A stretch of 64,000 nucleotides of DNA from a virus (lineage: Duplodnaviria > Caudoviricetes), in IMG/VR virus record IMGVR_UViG_2889049205_000001, positions 164,842-228,841 of that record; one strand, written 5' to 3'. The notes beneath the pieces are model-generated. The model had not been told where the DNA came from, did no database searches, and worked only from the letters and a program-made list of their open reading frames with translations. Positions within the stretch are counted from its first letter, which is position 1; every line of letters starts with the position of its first letter. This document shows positions 46,398-57,678 of this stretch, piece after piece. A program made the translations under genes and the position numbers.

Positions 46398-46956
46398 ATT
46401 GACTGTACCTCCGTTCCACTTCCCCCATCCGATCGCTCAGACGCTGAATCCGGTCATGGATCTCGCTCACGCCGACCATGCGCTGGTTCTTGATAGGAAC
46501 CGTGACGGTATATTTAACATCCAAGAGCCCATCCTGTAACGCATTACTCATGAACATCAAGTACCCATTGTCGATTGAATATTGATTAGAGCCTAGCAGG
46601 GCCCCATTCAATTCTACCATGAGGGATTCAAATTGACCCGCCGCCGCACCGGGCACCAGCAGGTACGAAAGTTGGCTGGCTGTTGCGGTGAATGTTTTCT
46701 CTCCCGAATACGTAATATTTTCCACCGGTTCTTGCGATTCCCCGTGAATCCATGCAAATATGCTATCTTGCTGCTGATTTGTCACAGAATCAATGTCCTT
46801 AAAGTTTTGTCTGATATCATAGATTTCTTCTTGATGGTCGGATAGGAACTTCTCGGATTCCCGCTGCCCTCGGTGCCGGGCATTGCGCTTCATCATGTTG
46901 GGCATCTTGAGCGGCCGATCCGCCGGTTCGATTGTTTTCCATTCCATTCCGATCAC
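46378..46956 (-). CDS. Putative virion structural protein (short paralogue)
   Basis: RGQRESEKF...D N-terminal motif. Confidence 0.55.
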   Translation of the reverse strand: MIGMEWKTIEPADRPLKMPNMMKRNARHRGQRESEKFLSDHQEEIYDIRQNFKDIDSVTNQQQDSIFAWIHGESQEPVENITYSGEKTFTATASQLSYLLVPGAAAGQFESLMVELNGALLGSNQYSIDNGYLMFMSNALQDGLLDVKYTVTVPIKNQRMVGVSEIHDRIQRLSDRMGEVERRYSQYENAYK

Positions 46957-49023
46957 CTCGCTCTGACTTCGATCAGATTTATTTTCGGAGAGATATGCGG
47001 GACGTTCTCCTCCCGCTTCAACATCGCTCGCAGCACCACTTGATTGTTCTGTGCCTCGCTGTCTTCGACTTCATAAGAAAGCTGGAAGATGCAGCTCTTG
47101 GGCAAATAATTTAACACGACCTGCTGCTCGTAGATGGCGAAACAGTCCCGGCTGTTCGGAGAGATGTTGTAATACAGCGTGTGAGCATCCACGAGCTTGA
47201 GCGGCTCTTTATCAGCTCGCACCCTCTTCTCCAGTGCAAGGTTGAACTTGCCGAGGTAGGTTTCATTCGGCAGCTCTGTCTCGATAAAATCCTGGCGCAT
47301 CTGCATGTTGCCGAAATGATACAGCACCTGGATCTCGTTCCAGCCTGGTTCTAGGGTAATTGTGACTTCCTCGTTGGAGGCGACAAGCCGTTTCTGATTG
47401 ACGTATACGGCGAAGGCACCCATCCGCTTCTTCGGTCCATTCTCCTGGCTCTTTAGAATGGCCAATGACATCGGCACGACTCGTGTCTCGTCGCTTTGAA
47501 TACACGTCGTGAACCGATAAAAGTTGTCCGTGCTGCCGCCGCCGTCCCGCTTGAGACTTAGTGTATTGCTGATCGCCAAGTAATCGATCCGCACCGCCTC
47601 TGGCCGGTTATCGTACTGATCCTTCCACGAACCATTCAACGGCATCGTGCCGTCAAACTTCACATACGTCCTCTCCCGGCGCCACTGATTGATTCCTCGC
47701 ATCAGCACTTGGTTGCGCATCTCCTCGAAGTCATGCGGCAACGTGCCGTCGCCATCGTCTTTGATCAGGCGGAACACCTGCATACCGTTCTTGATCTCGA
47801 GCGTCGGCTCCGCTTTGGCCATCTCCACGAACTTGGTCGGCCGAGCCGAGAACTCCACGACCTTGGCATACTTCGGCGTGGTCTCATCCAGCGAGCTGAT
47901 CGGAAACCAGAGCAGCGTGTCCAGATCCTTGCTCTCGTCATAGGAGGCTACTTCGTAATCGACCTCCGTACCATGCGGGATCTCATGGCCGGCCTTGATG
48001 GACACCTGATTAATGTTGGGCGTATCGAATACGATCGGTGTCGTGTAGAGGATACCCTCGCTCACATAATCCTTCTTGCTGGCTGTAATATTCTTGGCTC
48101 CGAAATAATACTGGTACACACCGCCGCTGTAATCGTCGTGATCCTTTTTCTCGAAGCTAAAGCGAATACCCTTTACTGTAATCTTGGAGAAGCTCCATAC
48201 CGATTTATCAACGACTTTCCGTTTGTCCTTCTCGCCTGGGATTGGGGAGAACGTGAGACCGTCATACGTATATTCCAGCTGCATGAAGACTGGCTTCACG
48301 CTGTGGGCGACATACACCACCTCGTTGATCTCTTCTTCTTGTGGGAACACCACAATCAGCTCTGCCTGGATCGTTGTTGGCGCATCGACTTTGACGACCT
48401 GCCACCAGGCAGAATTGATGTCATCATCAAACGCATTGTTAATAGTCTCGAGGGCGGCATGAACCACGTTTGCCGTAAGCGAATTAAACTTGGCTTGGGA
48501 TCCATTCAGAAGAACTTTATTACTGTTGCGTTCATTCTCCCGCAGCGTCACTTGACGATCCTTCAAGTTGATATAAGCTGTTGTACGTTGGCCATTTACG
48601 GAGGACATGTCATAGAAATTCAGAATGTTGGCGTCCACATACCCCGCTCCGTTTTGGGAAACAAGCAGGAGTTGATCAACCTTTTTTGAGATACCAGCTA
48701 GGAGGTTCCACATCTTCTGCCGCTCCGTATCCGCAAAGGTGAAGTCGGACATAATTCGGGTGGTCTGCTGAATCGTCGCTTCATAGGCGTCGGAGATGTC
48801 TTGATGAATGAGCCTAATATCGCTGTTATACAAATCGGTGTCGGACTTTTGCCTGCGAAACAATTTCGTAGCTTTGAAACCGGGAGCTCCAGGGACATTG
48901 CCCCCGGAGCCATTGGCCAAAGTGATACGTAATGGTTTGCAGCGTCGGATATTTGCCTTCCAGCAAATAATATTTCACGATCTTTTCGATCGCCCGTGTA
49001 ACTTGGATCTGCCTGATTCCCAT
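46953..49023 (-). CDS. Putative virion structural protein, frameshifted at a G5 run (about 48901-48905)
   Basis: The 65-aa ORF starting at 49023 joins the 655-aa ORF (WLRG-NVPGAP) if one G is removed. Confidence 0.6.
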
Positions 49024-49042
49024 TGAATATCACCCGCTTCTT

Positions 49043-51922
49043 TTATACTGGACAGAGAACTTTATAGCTCCATGCTGTTGAGCCTGAACCGATGACAACG
49101 ACTTTAATGAAATCGACGCCGTTATACGGATTGTAGTAGAATGACAAACTATTTGTTCCGGATACCGGTCCACCGGTTTGCGCCACTAGCATATCTTGAT
49201 AGTACACTTGCATTTCATCTGGAACTGTTTGCATGTTGTAGTCGATCACGACATTGCCTGGCGTACCTCCAAGCTTATGGAAGTTGGTTGTCGTACCAGC
49301 GCCCCCGGATTGCGATTGTACACCGCATGCGTATACATTGCCGTCGCTGGAGCACGTAATAATGTTGACCTGCTTTGTGGTGCTCGCCGTCGTTCCGCCA
49401 ACCATTGTCACTTCAAAAAATGAAGGTGTACATGCCCGGAGAGAGCGTGTCCTTGGAGATGGTAGTCGAGAATGACCTTACCCGAATGCACCATTGCCGG
49501 TGTACCAAACATGCCCAGTAGTATCGCTGATCTTCACGGTGCTAACACCTCGGCTATCCCCACCGATAACATTCATACCAACAGCCAAATCCTTATTGCT
49601 GCACTCTATGCCAGAGACAACAGCATCTATGGTTGGTGGCGGCGTGCATTGACGGAAGATGGTCGTCGTCGCCATATCCGTTCGCCCCTCCATGTCCTCA
49701 ACAGTAGCCGTCAGCGTGATCGTTTGACCGCCCGTATAGGTATTGGCTGGCACAGTGATACTGTAGCTGCCGGTCGTTGTTGAACCATTGACGTTTTGCT
49801 GCGTCCATGTCCGGCCAAGATTATCTACGACCTTATAAGATTTAATGCGACGCTGCGCACTGACTGATCCGCTAAACGTCCAACTGACGTCATTACACGT
49901 ATCGATTAAAGTGCTGATCGTAATATCCGGCGAACAATTCATGAGCGTAAATTCCATAATTGGTTTGTTCGGTGTCGATACGACAGTTGGACTCACCTGA
50001 TCGCTGTTGTTCGTTGCCCATCCCGTTACACGATAGTCGCCCGGCTGCAGAGAGCTCGTGTTGATCGTAAAGTTGAAATCAATCCGTTTTTGGCCAGTGC
50101 CTATGATACGGTACGGCGACATATCGATTAGATCGCCGGTGAAGAAGAACTTCACTTCTTTTAGGCCATCAAAGTCCTCTGCGTATCCCTTCACTTGAAT
50201 AGCGTCCATGATGCAGGCCTGAATATGGCTGAACGGGAATGGCTCGATGTAAACGTGGGGCACATTCGGCGGATTGGCCGGATCAATACCGATGTCGTCA
50301 TCGTTTTGTTTGGAGTCATCAATCGGACAATGGTTGTTCGTGAACTCCTCCATGAACTTGAAGGCCACGTAATCGTTGACGTTCATCATGCTTGGCGCAT
50401 TCGCATAGTTTCCGGCTTTGATCTCGCTGATCCATGGGCAGTTCACGATTTCCTTTGGCTCACCAACCATGAGCTCGTAATGACGAGTACCCTCTGTTGC
50501 AAAGGCTACTTCTTGGGACCATGCCTCTTTTGAATTGCCATAGTAATCGGAGAACTTGATCGCCACGCCGGTGACGTGTGCGTTATAAGAGCCGGCGCCT
50601 TCTTTTAACTGCTTTACCATAACAGTTACACCATTGAACATATCCGACCAGCCAATCATCATCTTCACGTCGCCCATCATGACGGGCGTGCTGCCGAGCC
50701 CATCCATAGGAATTACAGCCCGCTCCAGCTTGTCGGTATTCGGATCATAAAATTGTACGATGATTCCGTCCCATAGAAGACAATCTCGCTGCGGGCCATT
50801 ATCCGGATCGTATGGTTCGACTGGAGGGTCTGTTAGATCCAAATCCTTCGTGTGATCTCCGGGCTTGAAATCATGCGAGATTAGACAATGTTTGCTCGTA
50901 AAGTCAGCATCGAATGTGAAGATCACGTAGTCGTTCTGTGCGCCGATCGCCGGTGCAGTGGAGAAGTCTCCATTCTGTGCTGCCGTAATCCAGACACTTG
51001 GGTTTTTCGAAGATGGCTCGCCGAGCATCGCCCCGACGTTTTTGGCGCCATTAGACTTGCTAGCCACGGCGGCGGCCCACGTCGTGATCTCCTTATCGTA
51101 ATTGTCCTTGTACACCACGCCAATCGAGGAGAGCTGAAATGCAGTGCCGCTGGAATCATAGCTTTCAGTCATCATGACAATGACGCCGTTGTTTGCTGCG
51201 TTCCATCCGAAGGTGACTTTATCCCCGTTCCCGTTATCCAATTCGTAAGGAAGCCAGTCATACGGAATGTCGATGGATTCCAGTGTTTTGGTGTCACGAT
51301 GGTAATATTGCACCAGCAGGGTGTCGAACAACATGCAGTCACGGACTTTGACCGGCGGCGGCGGTATCGTGCAGTCCTTCAGAGAAAGCACGTAGCTGTC
51401 AGTATCGACATTGCCTTTGCTGTCGTATCCTTTCACCTCAATGGAGATGGTTCCGCCCATCAGGTATTTATCGGTAGGGACCTTGAAGTTATAGGCCATC
51501 TCCGTTCTGTCGCCGACTCCCTTTTTCTCTTCGACCACTTCTCCGTTGATCAGAAGCACGACTTTGGTGATTCCAAATGGCCCGTCAACAACACCGGACA
51601 CGGGTAATTGATCGCCATGACAAAGGGACGCCAGTTTGTTTGTGATCCTCACGTTTAATTCCGGATGATCCGGATCTGGCTCATCTCCGTCATCATCGAC
51701 GGGTGGTGGCGTCTGCGGATGTTCATCTGGATCCGGCGGTGGCGGTGGATCTCCAGCCGACGGTGGTGATGGTGGGAAGTACGGTGGGTCGATCACCTCG
51801 TCGCCGTCTCCTGCGTCCTCGTATGCTCTGCGGCTGGAGGCCTGGCTGTCCGATGCCTCGCCCTGCAGATACGCCTTAATAGTGAATCCCTTTAAGATGG
51901 GTGATGTATATTTCTCACTCAC
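49043..51922 (-). CDS. Large fibre/adhesin-like protein with Pro-rich linker, Ig-like domains and an internal duplication; interrupted at about 49481 and 49415
   Basis: The 814-aa and 122-aa ORFs are bridged by VRSFSTTISKDTLSPGMYTFIF in the third frame. Confidence 0.55.
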
Positions 51923-53736
51923 GCCTCTCCCCCCGTTTCCGCCGGCCGTTCAAATAGCATTCGCATCCGGATACTGTACACCGGATATTCTGTTTCCAGA
52001 TACCCCGGCCGTGGGTTCGCCTGTTGCGACTGCTTCTCTACTTGCTGAATCGTGTAGATCTTTGGCGCCATCGCCTCGTCAGAGCTGCTCGCCATTTGCC
52101 GGCCCATTGGCGTAATGTCGTGCCAGGTCGCTCCATCATCAATTGATACCTGGTACTTGATGTACTGCGGCATTTCTTCTCTGACGTCGAGTGTGATTTT
52201 CTCGAGCGGCTGCTCAAAGTAGTACGGCTCCGTGACGATTTCACCAGTAGCTTCGTATTCGGTTGAGAAGATCTCGATGTCCCGGATCCCAATACAATAC
52301 CGCCATCCCTCAAATCGTTCGATGCCCATTTCGATGTTCTCGTCGTTCAAACTGTATTGCACGTTGGAGATGATGTTCTCCATTGATTGCGTCGTGCCGT
52401 CCGGCGTCTGCGGGCCATATGTAGCGTCTACAGAGGTGGGCGTCGCTTTAACCTGAACACCCAGATCCTGCAGCGCAATCTGCGGACCCTCGACTCGTGG
52501 CAAATGCGTCGGTGAATATTCCTTATTGATCGTGTCGAATACATAGTCCGGGCCGTTTTCGATCTGCCGCTTGGCCTCATAATAGATGTGGCCAATGTCC
52601 GTAAAGTATTTCTCCGGCTGCTCAAACAGGATCGTGATGACCTTCGCCGTGCGTGGCGAGAAATGGAACGTGTAGTCGGAATCGAGCTTGGCGCTGGTCA
52701 TCACTGATAATGGTGCGCTCGTGCCGTCCGAAACCAGGATATCTTTGACGATCGCCGTTTTGGCGCCATGGTTGGGCGGCGTGTACATATTCACATTGAT
52801 TTGGTTGATCAGCGATTCTTCAGCCAGGATAACCTGCAGATTCAGCTTCAGCACTCCGCCGTCAGGATCTCGGGCGAATCGAAGTGTCTGGTTCCCATTC
52901 ACTTGATAATCCCATCCGAGATTCTTGGCCACCGCTTGTTTGTCTTGCTCTCGCACATTGACGAGCTCGTATTCGAACCATGTGTTTGCGTCGCCATCCA
53001 GCACAACGCCATATGCACCATGGTTGTTCTTCTCGCCCACGAACCGGTATGTGTAATCGTTGTTCGTTAAGGAGCTGCCCGGTGACACGGTGATCTCATG
53101 ATTATTACCAGGGAAGCCATTGGACTCGCTGCCGATAATGAAATTCTTGTAGGTCTTGTTGCCGGGAACAATCGTAATCGTGGCTTCTTTGCCGACGCTT
53201 GACTGGCTTGTCTGGCCCAGTGTGACGGTGCCGTTCTCGATATGCGCTGGCGTCCCGCTGATCCGATCAAAATCAATCTTATCGTTATTGGCGAAGTCGT
53301 TACGGCAGAAAACGATCTGGCCGTTGACATTCAGGTTGGACGAGAGTAGCTCCAAATCCTTGAGCTTGTCGGCGATCTGGTCGAACTCGGCCTGGAGCAT
53401 GCTTTGCTGCACGACGTTATGATTGAAATCCGCATACAGTGCCCGGCCGATGATATCGACTTCTTGAAAGAGCAGATCCATATCCTGTTTAATCTCGCCC
53501 ATCATATTGTTGAAGTCGGCACTCCATGGGGGGCCGCCATCGACCGCATATCGAGGAATCATCATTGGCTGGCCGGCTGATACGAAGAAGTCCTGAAACG
53601 CCTTGAAGACTGTTTGAATCAGCTTGGTATCCGACTTGATCGTGCCATCATCGAACTTGGCCTTTGCCTGCTCGAACTGGAAACGGGCCTGCAGATAAAG
53701 CATCTGCGAGTTATTTTTAATCGGCTCATTAGACAT
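51919..53736 (-). CDS. Putative virion structural protein (paralogue), probably continuous with the downstream ORF
   Basis: AGGAGG RBS; SADFNNMM.EI..D motif; G6 run at the junction. Confidence 0.6.
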   Translation of the reverse strand: MSNEPIKNNSQMLYLQARFQFEQAKAKFDDGTIKSDTKLIQTVFKAFQDFFVSAGQPMMIPRYAVDGGPPWSADFNNMMGEIKQDMDLLFQEVDIIGRALYADFNHNVVQQSMLQAEFDQIADKLKDLELLSSNLNVNGQIVFCRNDFANNDKIDFDRISGTPAHIENGTVTLGQTSQSSVGKEATITIVPGNKTYKNFIIGSESNGFPGNNHEITVSPGSSLTNNDYTYRFVGEKNNHGAYGVVLDGDANTWFEYELVNVREQDKQAVAKNLGWDYQVNGNQTLRFARDPDGGVLKLNLQVILAEESLINQINVNMYTPPNHGAKTAIVKDILVSDGTSAPLSVMTSAKLDSDYTFHFSPRTAKVITILFEQPEKYFTDIGHIYYEAKRQIENGPDYVFDTINKEYSPTHLPRVEGPQIALQDLGVQVKATPTSVDATYGPQTPDGTTQSMENIISNVQYSLNDENIEMGIERFEGWRYCIGIRDIEIFSTEYEATGEIVTEPYYFEQPLEKITLDVREEMPQYIKYQVSIDDGATWHDITPMGRQMASSSDEAMAPKIYTIQQVEKQSQQANPRPGYLETEYPVYSIRMRMLFERPAETGGEA

Positions 53737-56182
53737 TGCGTACCTCCTGGTCATAGCTTTGGCAGCGGAGCGTGTAATTGTAAAGGGCCGGCGTAATGCT
53801 CTCATAACCGGCATGATTGCGGCGCAGGATGGCTTTAAGCCGAACGTCGGTTGTTAGGTAGTAATAGTCAACCGTTATATCTTTGAGCTCATCAACGGTC
53901 GGCGTGGTTGGGAAATAAATCTTGCTACCGATCTGAGCGAATACCTTCTCGCCGCTTGTCGCTTGTAACCGCTCCTTGTCATAAGTCCCGTTCGTGTAAT
54001 TGGTGATGTTCGTATACTCTACTCCGCCGACCCGCACGATGATCGGGTAGTACATGTCGGCAGCATTGAACTGGCTGCTGTCTTGGTTGTAGCGCTCGTT
54101 CTCCCCGTCGTAGCTGAAAACTTGCTCCCGGAAAATGTAAGGCGTATGCTTCAGCGTGACCGTGTAATTGGCATCGACCGCATCGAACGTTTCACCCGTC
54201 TCCCCATTGTCATTGATGTATTGCAACGGCTCAATGAGCGCCTGATCGATATCTACGAAGTAGGCGTCGTCGGATGGCTTGTAGCTTGCGGTATATGTGC
54301 TGGCCGGTGAATAGAAGTCTCTCAAAATGCCGATCTTCTTGCCGTCAACTGAGAGCTTATACATGAATGCTGGGAGTGGCTCGCCATTTCTCCGAATCGT
54401 TACTGTGTCGTTCGAGATAGCCTGGAAGCGGAAGCTAAATTGGATCGTGTCTTTCAGCTCTTCATACTCCTCACCCACGGTGTTGCCCATCAAGAGTTCG
54501 CCTTCGACATAGGCTTTGTTGGATGGCAGGATCGGTTTCCAGGATCCCGGATCCGGATTCTTGGTGTACCCCAGGTAGAATTCGATGTCCGTGATCGGCG
54601 CCTTGTCGCCCTGATCCATGTCAATTGTCTGATGCTTCTCCACTGTAGTCAGTGTGACTGTTTTCAGGTTGCTGGCCAGCGGCAGCGGCTTCGACACATA
54701 AATCGACTGCTGGTTGTAGCGGCGGCCGACGATGCTGATGTTGTAGGCGCCATATAGATAGGTGTATTTGGATACCGGCTGCCACTCGCTCGCCAACGTC
54801 CCTTCTGTCTCTGCCTGAGTCTTCTTCTGATTCGGCGCAATGGCTCGCAGTGCTAGCTGCATTGGGTTGGTATACTGGCCGGTCTTCACGACCTCCATGG
54901 CCTGCTTGGCGGCATCGAGCACGCCTTTTGCCTGTTCTCCCTTTTCCTTTGCCCAGTCCTGAAGAGCGGTGAGGTACCGACTCCATCCAGAGATTTCGTT
55001 TTTCTTGTCGAACTCAGCGATGGACTCGCCCGGCTGTTTGAAGTCCTGTGTCAGCTGCCGGTTGCCGGCGATCTTATCCCAGAGCTCAGCTTGATTGGCT
55101 TCATCCTTATTGACGATAAAGTTCTCTTTCGCATAGTTCTCTTGGCGAATCAACACTCGGAGCTTGGATATTTCTACAGAAGGAAATTGGAAGCTCATCT
55201 GTGTGTTGGACGTTTGGCTGCGCTGATATGGACTCTCGTGAACTGGTGTGACGAGCTCATACACGTTGCCGTCGTACACCGATGATTCGTAGCCGTGAAT
55301 ACTAACGATTTGCATCGGGAATCCACAGTATGGATCGAAGGTGATTTCTGAGACAGGCGTAACACCGTTCAGGGTAATTTCTAATTCACAAAGCGCTCCA
55401 GTGGTCGGTGTGTTCTTGTAGTCATGATTCCAGATATCGTCAATGTTGTGCTCAAGCGGTGCATCCGCCAAAATGACCTCCGCCCAGAAGCTTTCCTGCG
55501 AGCTGTCGATCGCATAATCAATCGTGTACTTCGGATTGCCGGCAACCATGCCGGTCCGGTTTTTCACTTCAATGCGAGCCAGCTTGGCGCCATAGGGATT
55601 CTTGAGCTGATCAATCGTCTGTGCTGAAGAGAGCTGCAACCGGTCCACCACCGTTTCGGCCATGTACTCCGGAGGTAAATAGTTGCCCTGGCGTTCTTTC
55701 TGCAGAAGCAGCAGCGCATCGCTGGACGTTTCTGTATACTGCGGCGCCTTGAACTGTTCATGAACACCGGATAGGAATCCATCCGTGTTGGACATGACCA
55801 GCTTGTGCCGCTCTAACCTGGAGTCCAGGGCAGCGATCTTCTTTTGAATATCGGCCAGCATGGAGCGAGTGAGCTGCTGGTTATCGGTCAAAAGACGGTC
55901 GAGCTGATCTGAAACATCAAAGAGTGTGGCCAGATCGAACTCAATCTCCTGCATATTGGCGTTATAGGATTCGGAGCTGGTCAGCTCGGATTGATTGCGG
56001 GGCGTGAACGTCGGTTTTCCGTCCCGCCGGTCCAGGCCCTTGAGCAGCCGCTCGAGTTCTGCAGCCAGCTCGGTTTCCGACTTGATAATACCTTGACGCT
56101 GGCGGCTTTCCAGTAGCTCCATCAATTTCTTTCGCTGCGTCTCCGGCATGGTTAAGAGAAAATCATTAAGGAACTTACCCAC
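53729..56182 (-). CDS. Putative virion structural protein (paralogue)
   Basis: TSSESYNANMQEIEFDL; AIDSSQESFW; C-terminal ITPALYNYTL. Confidence 0.65.
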   Translation of the reverse strand: MGKFLNDFLLTMPETQRKKLMELLESRQRQGIIKSETELAAELERLLKGLDRRDGKPTFTPRNQSELTSSESYNANMQEIEFDLATLFDVSDQLDRLLTDNQQLTRSMLADIQKKIAALDSRLERHKLVMSNTDGFLSGVHEQFKAPQYTETSSDALLLLQKERQGNYLPPEYMAETVVDRLQLSSAQTIDQLKNPYGAKLARIEVKNRTGMVAGNPKYTIDYAIDSSQESFWAEVILADAPLEHNIDDIWNHDYKNTPTTGALCELEITLNGVTPVSEITFDPYCGFPMQIVSIHGYESSVYDGNVYELVTPVHESPYQRSQTSNTQMSFQFPSVEISKLRVLIRQENYAKENFIVNKDEANQAELWDKIAGNRQLTQDFKQPGESIAEFDKKNEISGWSRYLTALQDWAKEKGEQAKGVLDAAKQAMEVVKTGQYTNPMQLALRAIAPNQKKTQAETEGTLASEWQPVSKYTYLYGAYNISIVGRRYNQQSIYVSKPLPLASNLKTVTLTTVEKHQTIDMDQGDKAPITDIEFYLGYTKNPDPGSWKPILPSNKAYVEGELLMGNTVGEEYEELKDTIQFSFRFQAISNDTVTIRRNGEPLPAFMYKLSVDGKKIGILRDFYSPASTYTASYKPSDDAYFVDIDQALIEPLQYINDNGETGETFDAVDANYTVTLKHTPYIFREQVFSYDGENERYNQDSSQFNAADMYYPIIVRVGGVEYTNITNYTNGTYDKERLQATSGEKVFAQIGSKIYFPTTPTVDELKDITVDYYYLTTDVRLKAILRRNHAGYESITPALYNYTLRCQSYDQEVRNV

Positions 56183-56186
56183 GATG

Positions 56187-56483
56187 TCACCTGCTTTCTG
56201 TTCGTAATGATGCCGGCTTTGGCGGCGTCAGGCCTGGTGGCCAGCCATAATTCTGTTCTTCTTTCTCGTACTCGTTATAGCAAGACCCGCAGCAAGTATA
56301 TGTCCAGTCGCCGTTTCGCCGCTTTTGTGTGAACACATTTTTCCTGGTATTCACCCGAAACCAAACCTTGCACTTATCACATTTCCAATCACCGATCAGC
56401 CACCGAGCAATGTGATATAAAATCCAAGCAGGGATAATAATCCACCCGAACAAGATCCAAAATATTGGCATCCTAAAAATCAT
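56187..56483 (-). CDS. Small membrane-anchored zinc-binding protein (moron-like)
   Basis: N-terminal transmembrane segment; CDKC and CGSC; AGGAGG RBS. Confidence 0.6.
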   Translation of the reverse strand: MIFRMPIFWILFGWIIIPAWILYHIARWLIGDWKCDKCKVWFRVNTRKNVFTQKRRNGDWTYTCCGSCYNEYEKEEQNYGWPPGLTPPKPASLRTESR

Positions 56484-56526
56484 GAGAACCCCTCCTATGT
56501 AGAGAGGCAGCCGAAGCTGCCTGTGG

Positions 56527-57582
56527 TCATTTCGTTATGAGTCCCTGATCGCCATCAAACGGCAACCATGATTTGCTGAGCTCGTCCCATTTTTCAGCGA
56601 TGAAGTGCGATAGATGTGGGTGATCATTGTACGACCACGTTGCATGCACAATGCCATCGACTGCACTGATGTTGAGTCCCTTCGGCGTAATGCCTTCTTG
56701 GACGATCTCCTTCTGGTTCCGCATTATGGAGAAGTCGGCCGTCCAGTCCGTTCCCTTCATGGCCGTAATATCGGTTACGATATCCATCAAGAGCTTCTCG
56801 AATTTAAGCAGGCTCTCCATGATCGGGCTCGATTTGGAGATGACGGTTTCAAGCAGCAGCATTAGGAAGTCTTCCGGCACATCCTTAAATGACAGGCGCA
56901 CCGGATAGTAAAGGCGAACCGAAACCATCGGGGCATCGCTCAGAAGAACATTACCGTCCGCATCGATCGTGCCCTCTATCATCTTGCCGCTGTCATTAAG
57001 GATGCCTTGATTTCCTGTTACATCAAGGACCGTAACTCGGCCGGAAACGAACTCCACGTTTTCCTCTTTCGGAATGGTAAGTCGATCCGACACCAAGCGA
57101 TCCGACACTTCAAAGCGATATGGCATCACGACATCCCGGTTGCTAAAGTCGGCTCCAGCTTGTCCAAGCTCTTGGATTTTCCGCAACCGATAATCCAGCT
57201 TGACGCCATCTGCAAGCGTGCTGTCCACCGAGGAGATGGCGTTATTAATTTCCATGCTCAGGTAATCAGGGACACTTGCCCCGCCCGTGGCATTTTCTGC
57301 GATCTGAATAACCTGCTTTTTGAGATCGTCCAGCAATTTACGCAGACGTTGACCCTTCGCTGCAACGACGCCATAGGTTGCCGTGTTCAGCTCAGCAAGC
57401 GCATCTTCGGCTTTTACGATTGCAGAAGTCGCTTGCACCCGTATGCTGCTGACCTGCGGAATAGCAGCCAGGATCGTTGCCTTGTTTTGTAGCCACGATT
57501 CCATACCGTCCTCTACCTCATTGAGCTTAGACTCAAGTCCGTTGACGAAAGGCACTATATCTCGTGTATCTTTAATCGGCAT
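56527..57582 (-). CDS. Hypothetical protein, probably virion-associated
   Basis: AAGGAG RBS; helical N-terminus. Confidence 0.65.
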   Translation of the reverse strand: MPIKDTRDIVPFVNGLESKLNEVEDGMESWLQNKATILAAIPQVSSIRVQATSAIVKAEDALAELNTATYGVVAAKGQRLRKLLDDLKKQVIQIAENATGGASVPDYLSMEINNAISSVDSTLADGVKLDYRLRKIQELGQAGADFSNRDVVMPYRFEVSDRLVSDRLTIPKEENVEFVSGRVTVLDVTGNQGILNDSGKMIEGTIDADGNVLLSDAPMVSVRLYYPVRLSFKDVPEDFLMLLLETVISKSSPIMESLLKFEKLLMDIVTDITAMKGTDWTADFSIMRNQKEIVQEGITPKGLNISAVDGIVHATWSYNDHPHLSHFIAEKWDELSKSWLPFDGDQGLITK

Positions 57583-57658
57583 CTCGTTCACTCCTTTAAC
57601 AAGATAATGGGCCGCCCCAATGGGCGGCACCTCGTCAGCCATTACCATTATAATATCA

Positions 57659-57673
57659 TGTAATGCGTTACAC
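57659..57673. promoter_or_regulatory. Operator TGTAATGCGTTACAC upstream of a - strand TATAAT
   Basis: Same motif as the other operators. Confidence 0.7.
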
Positions 57674-57678
57674 GGAAA

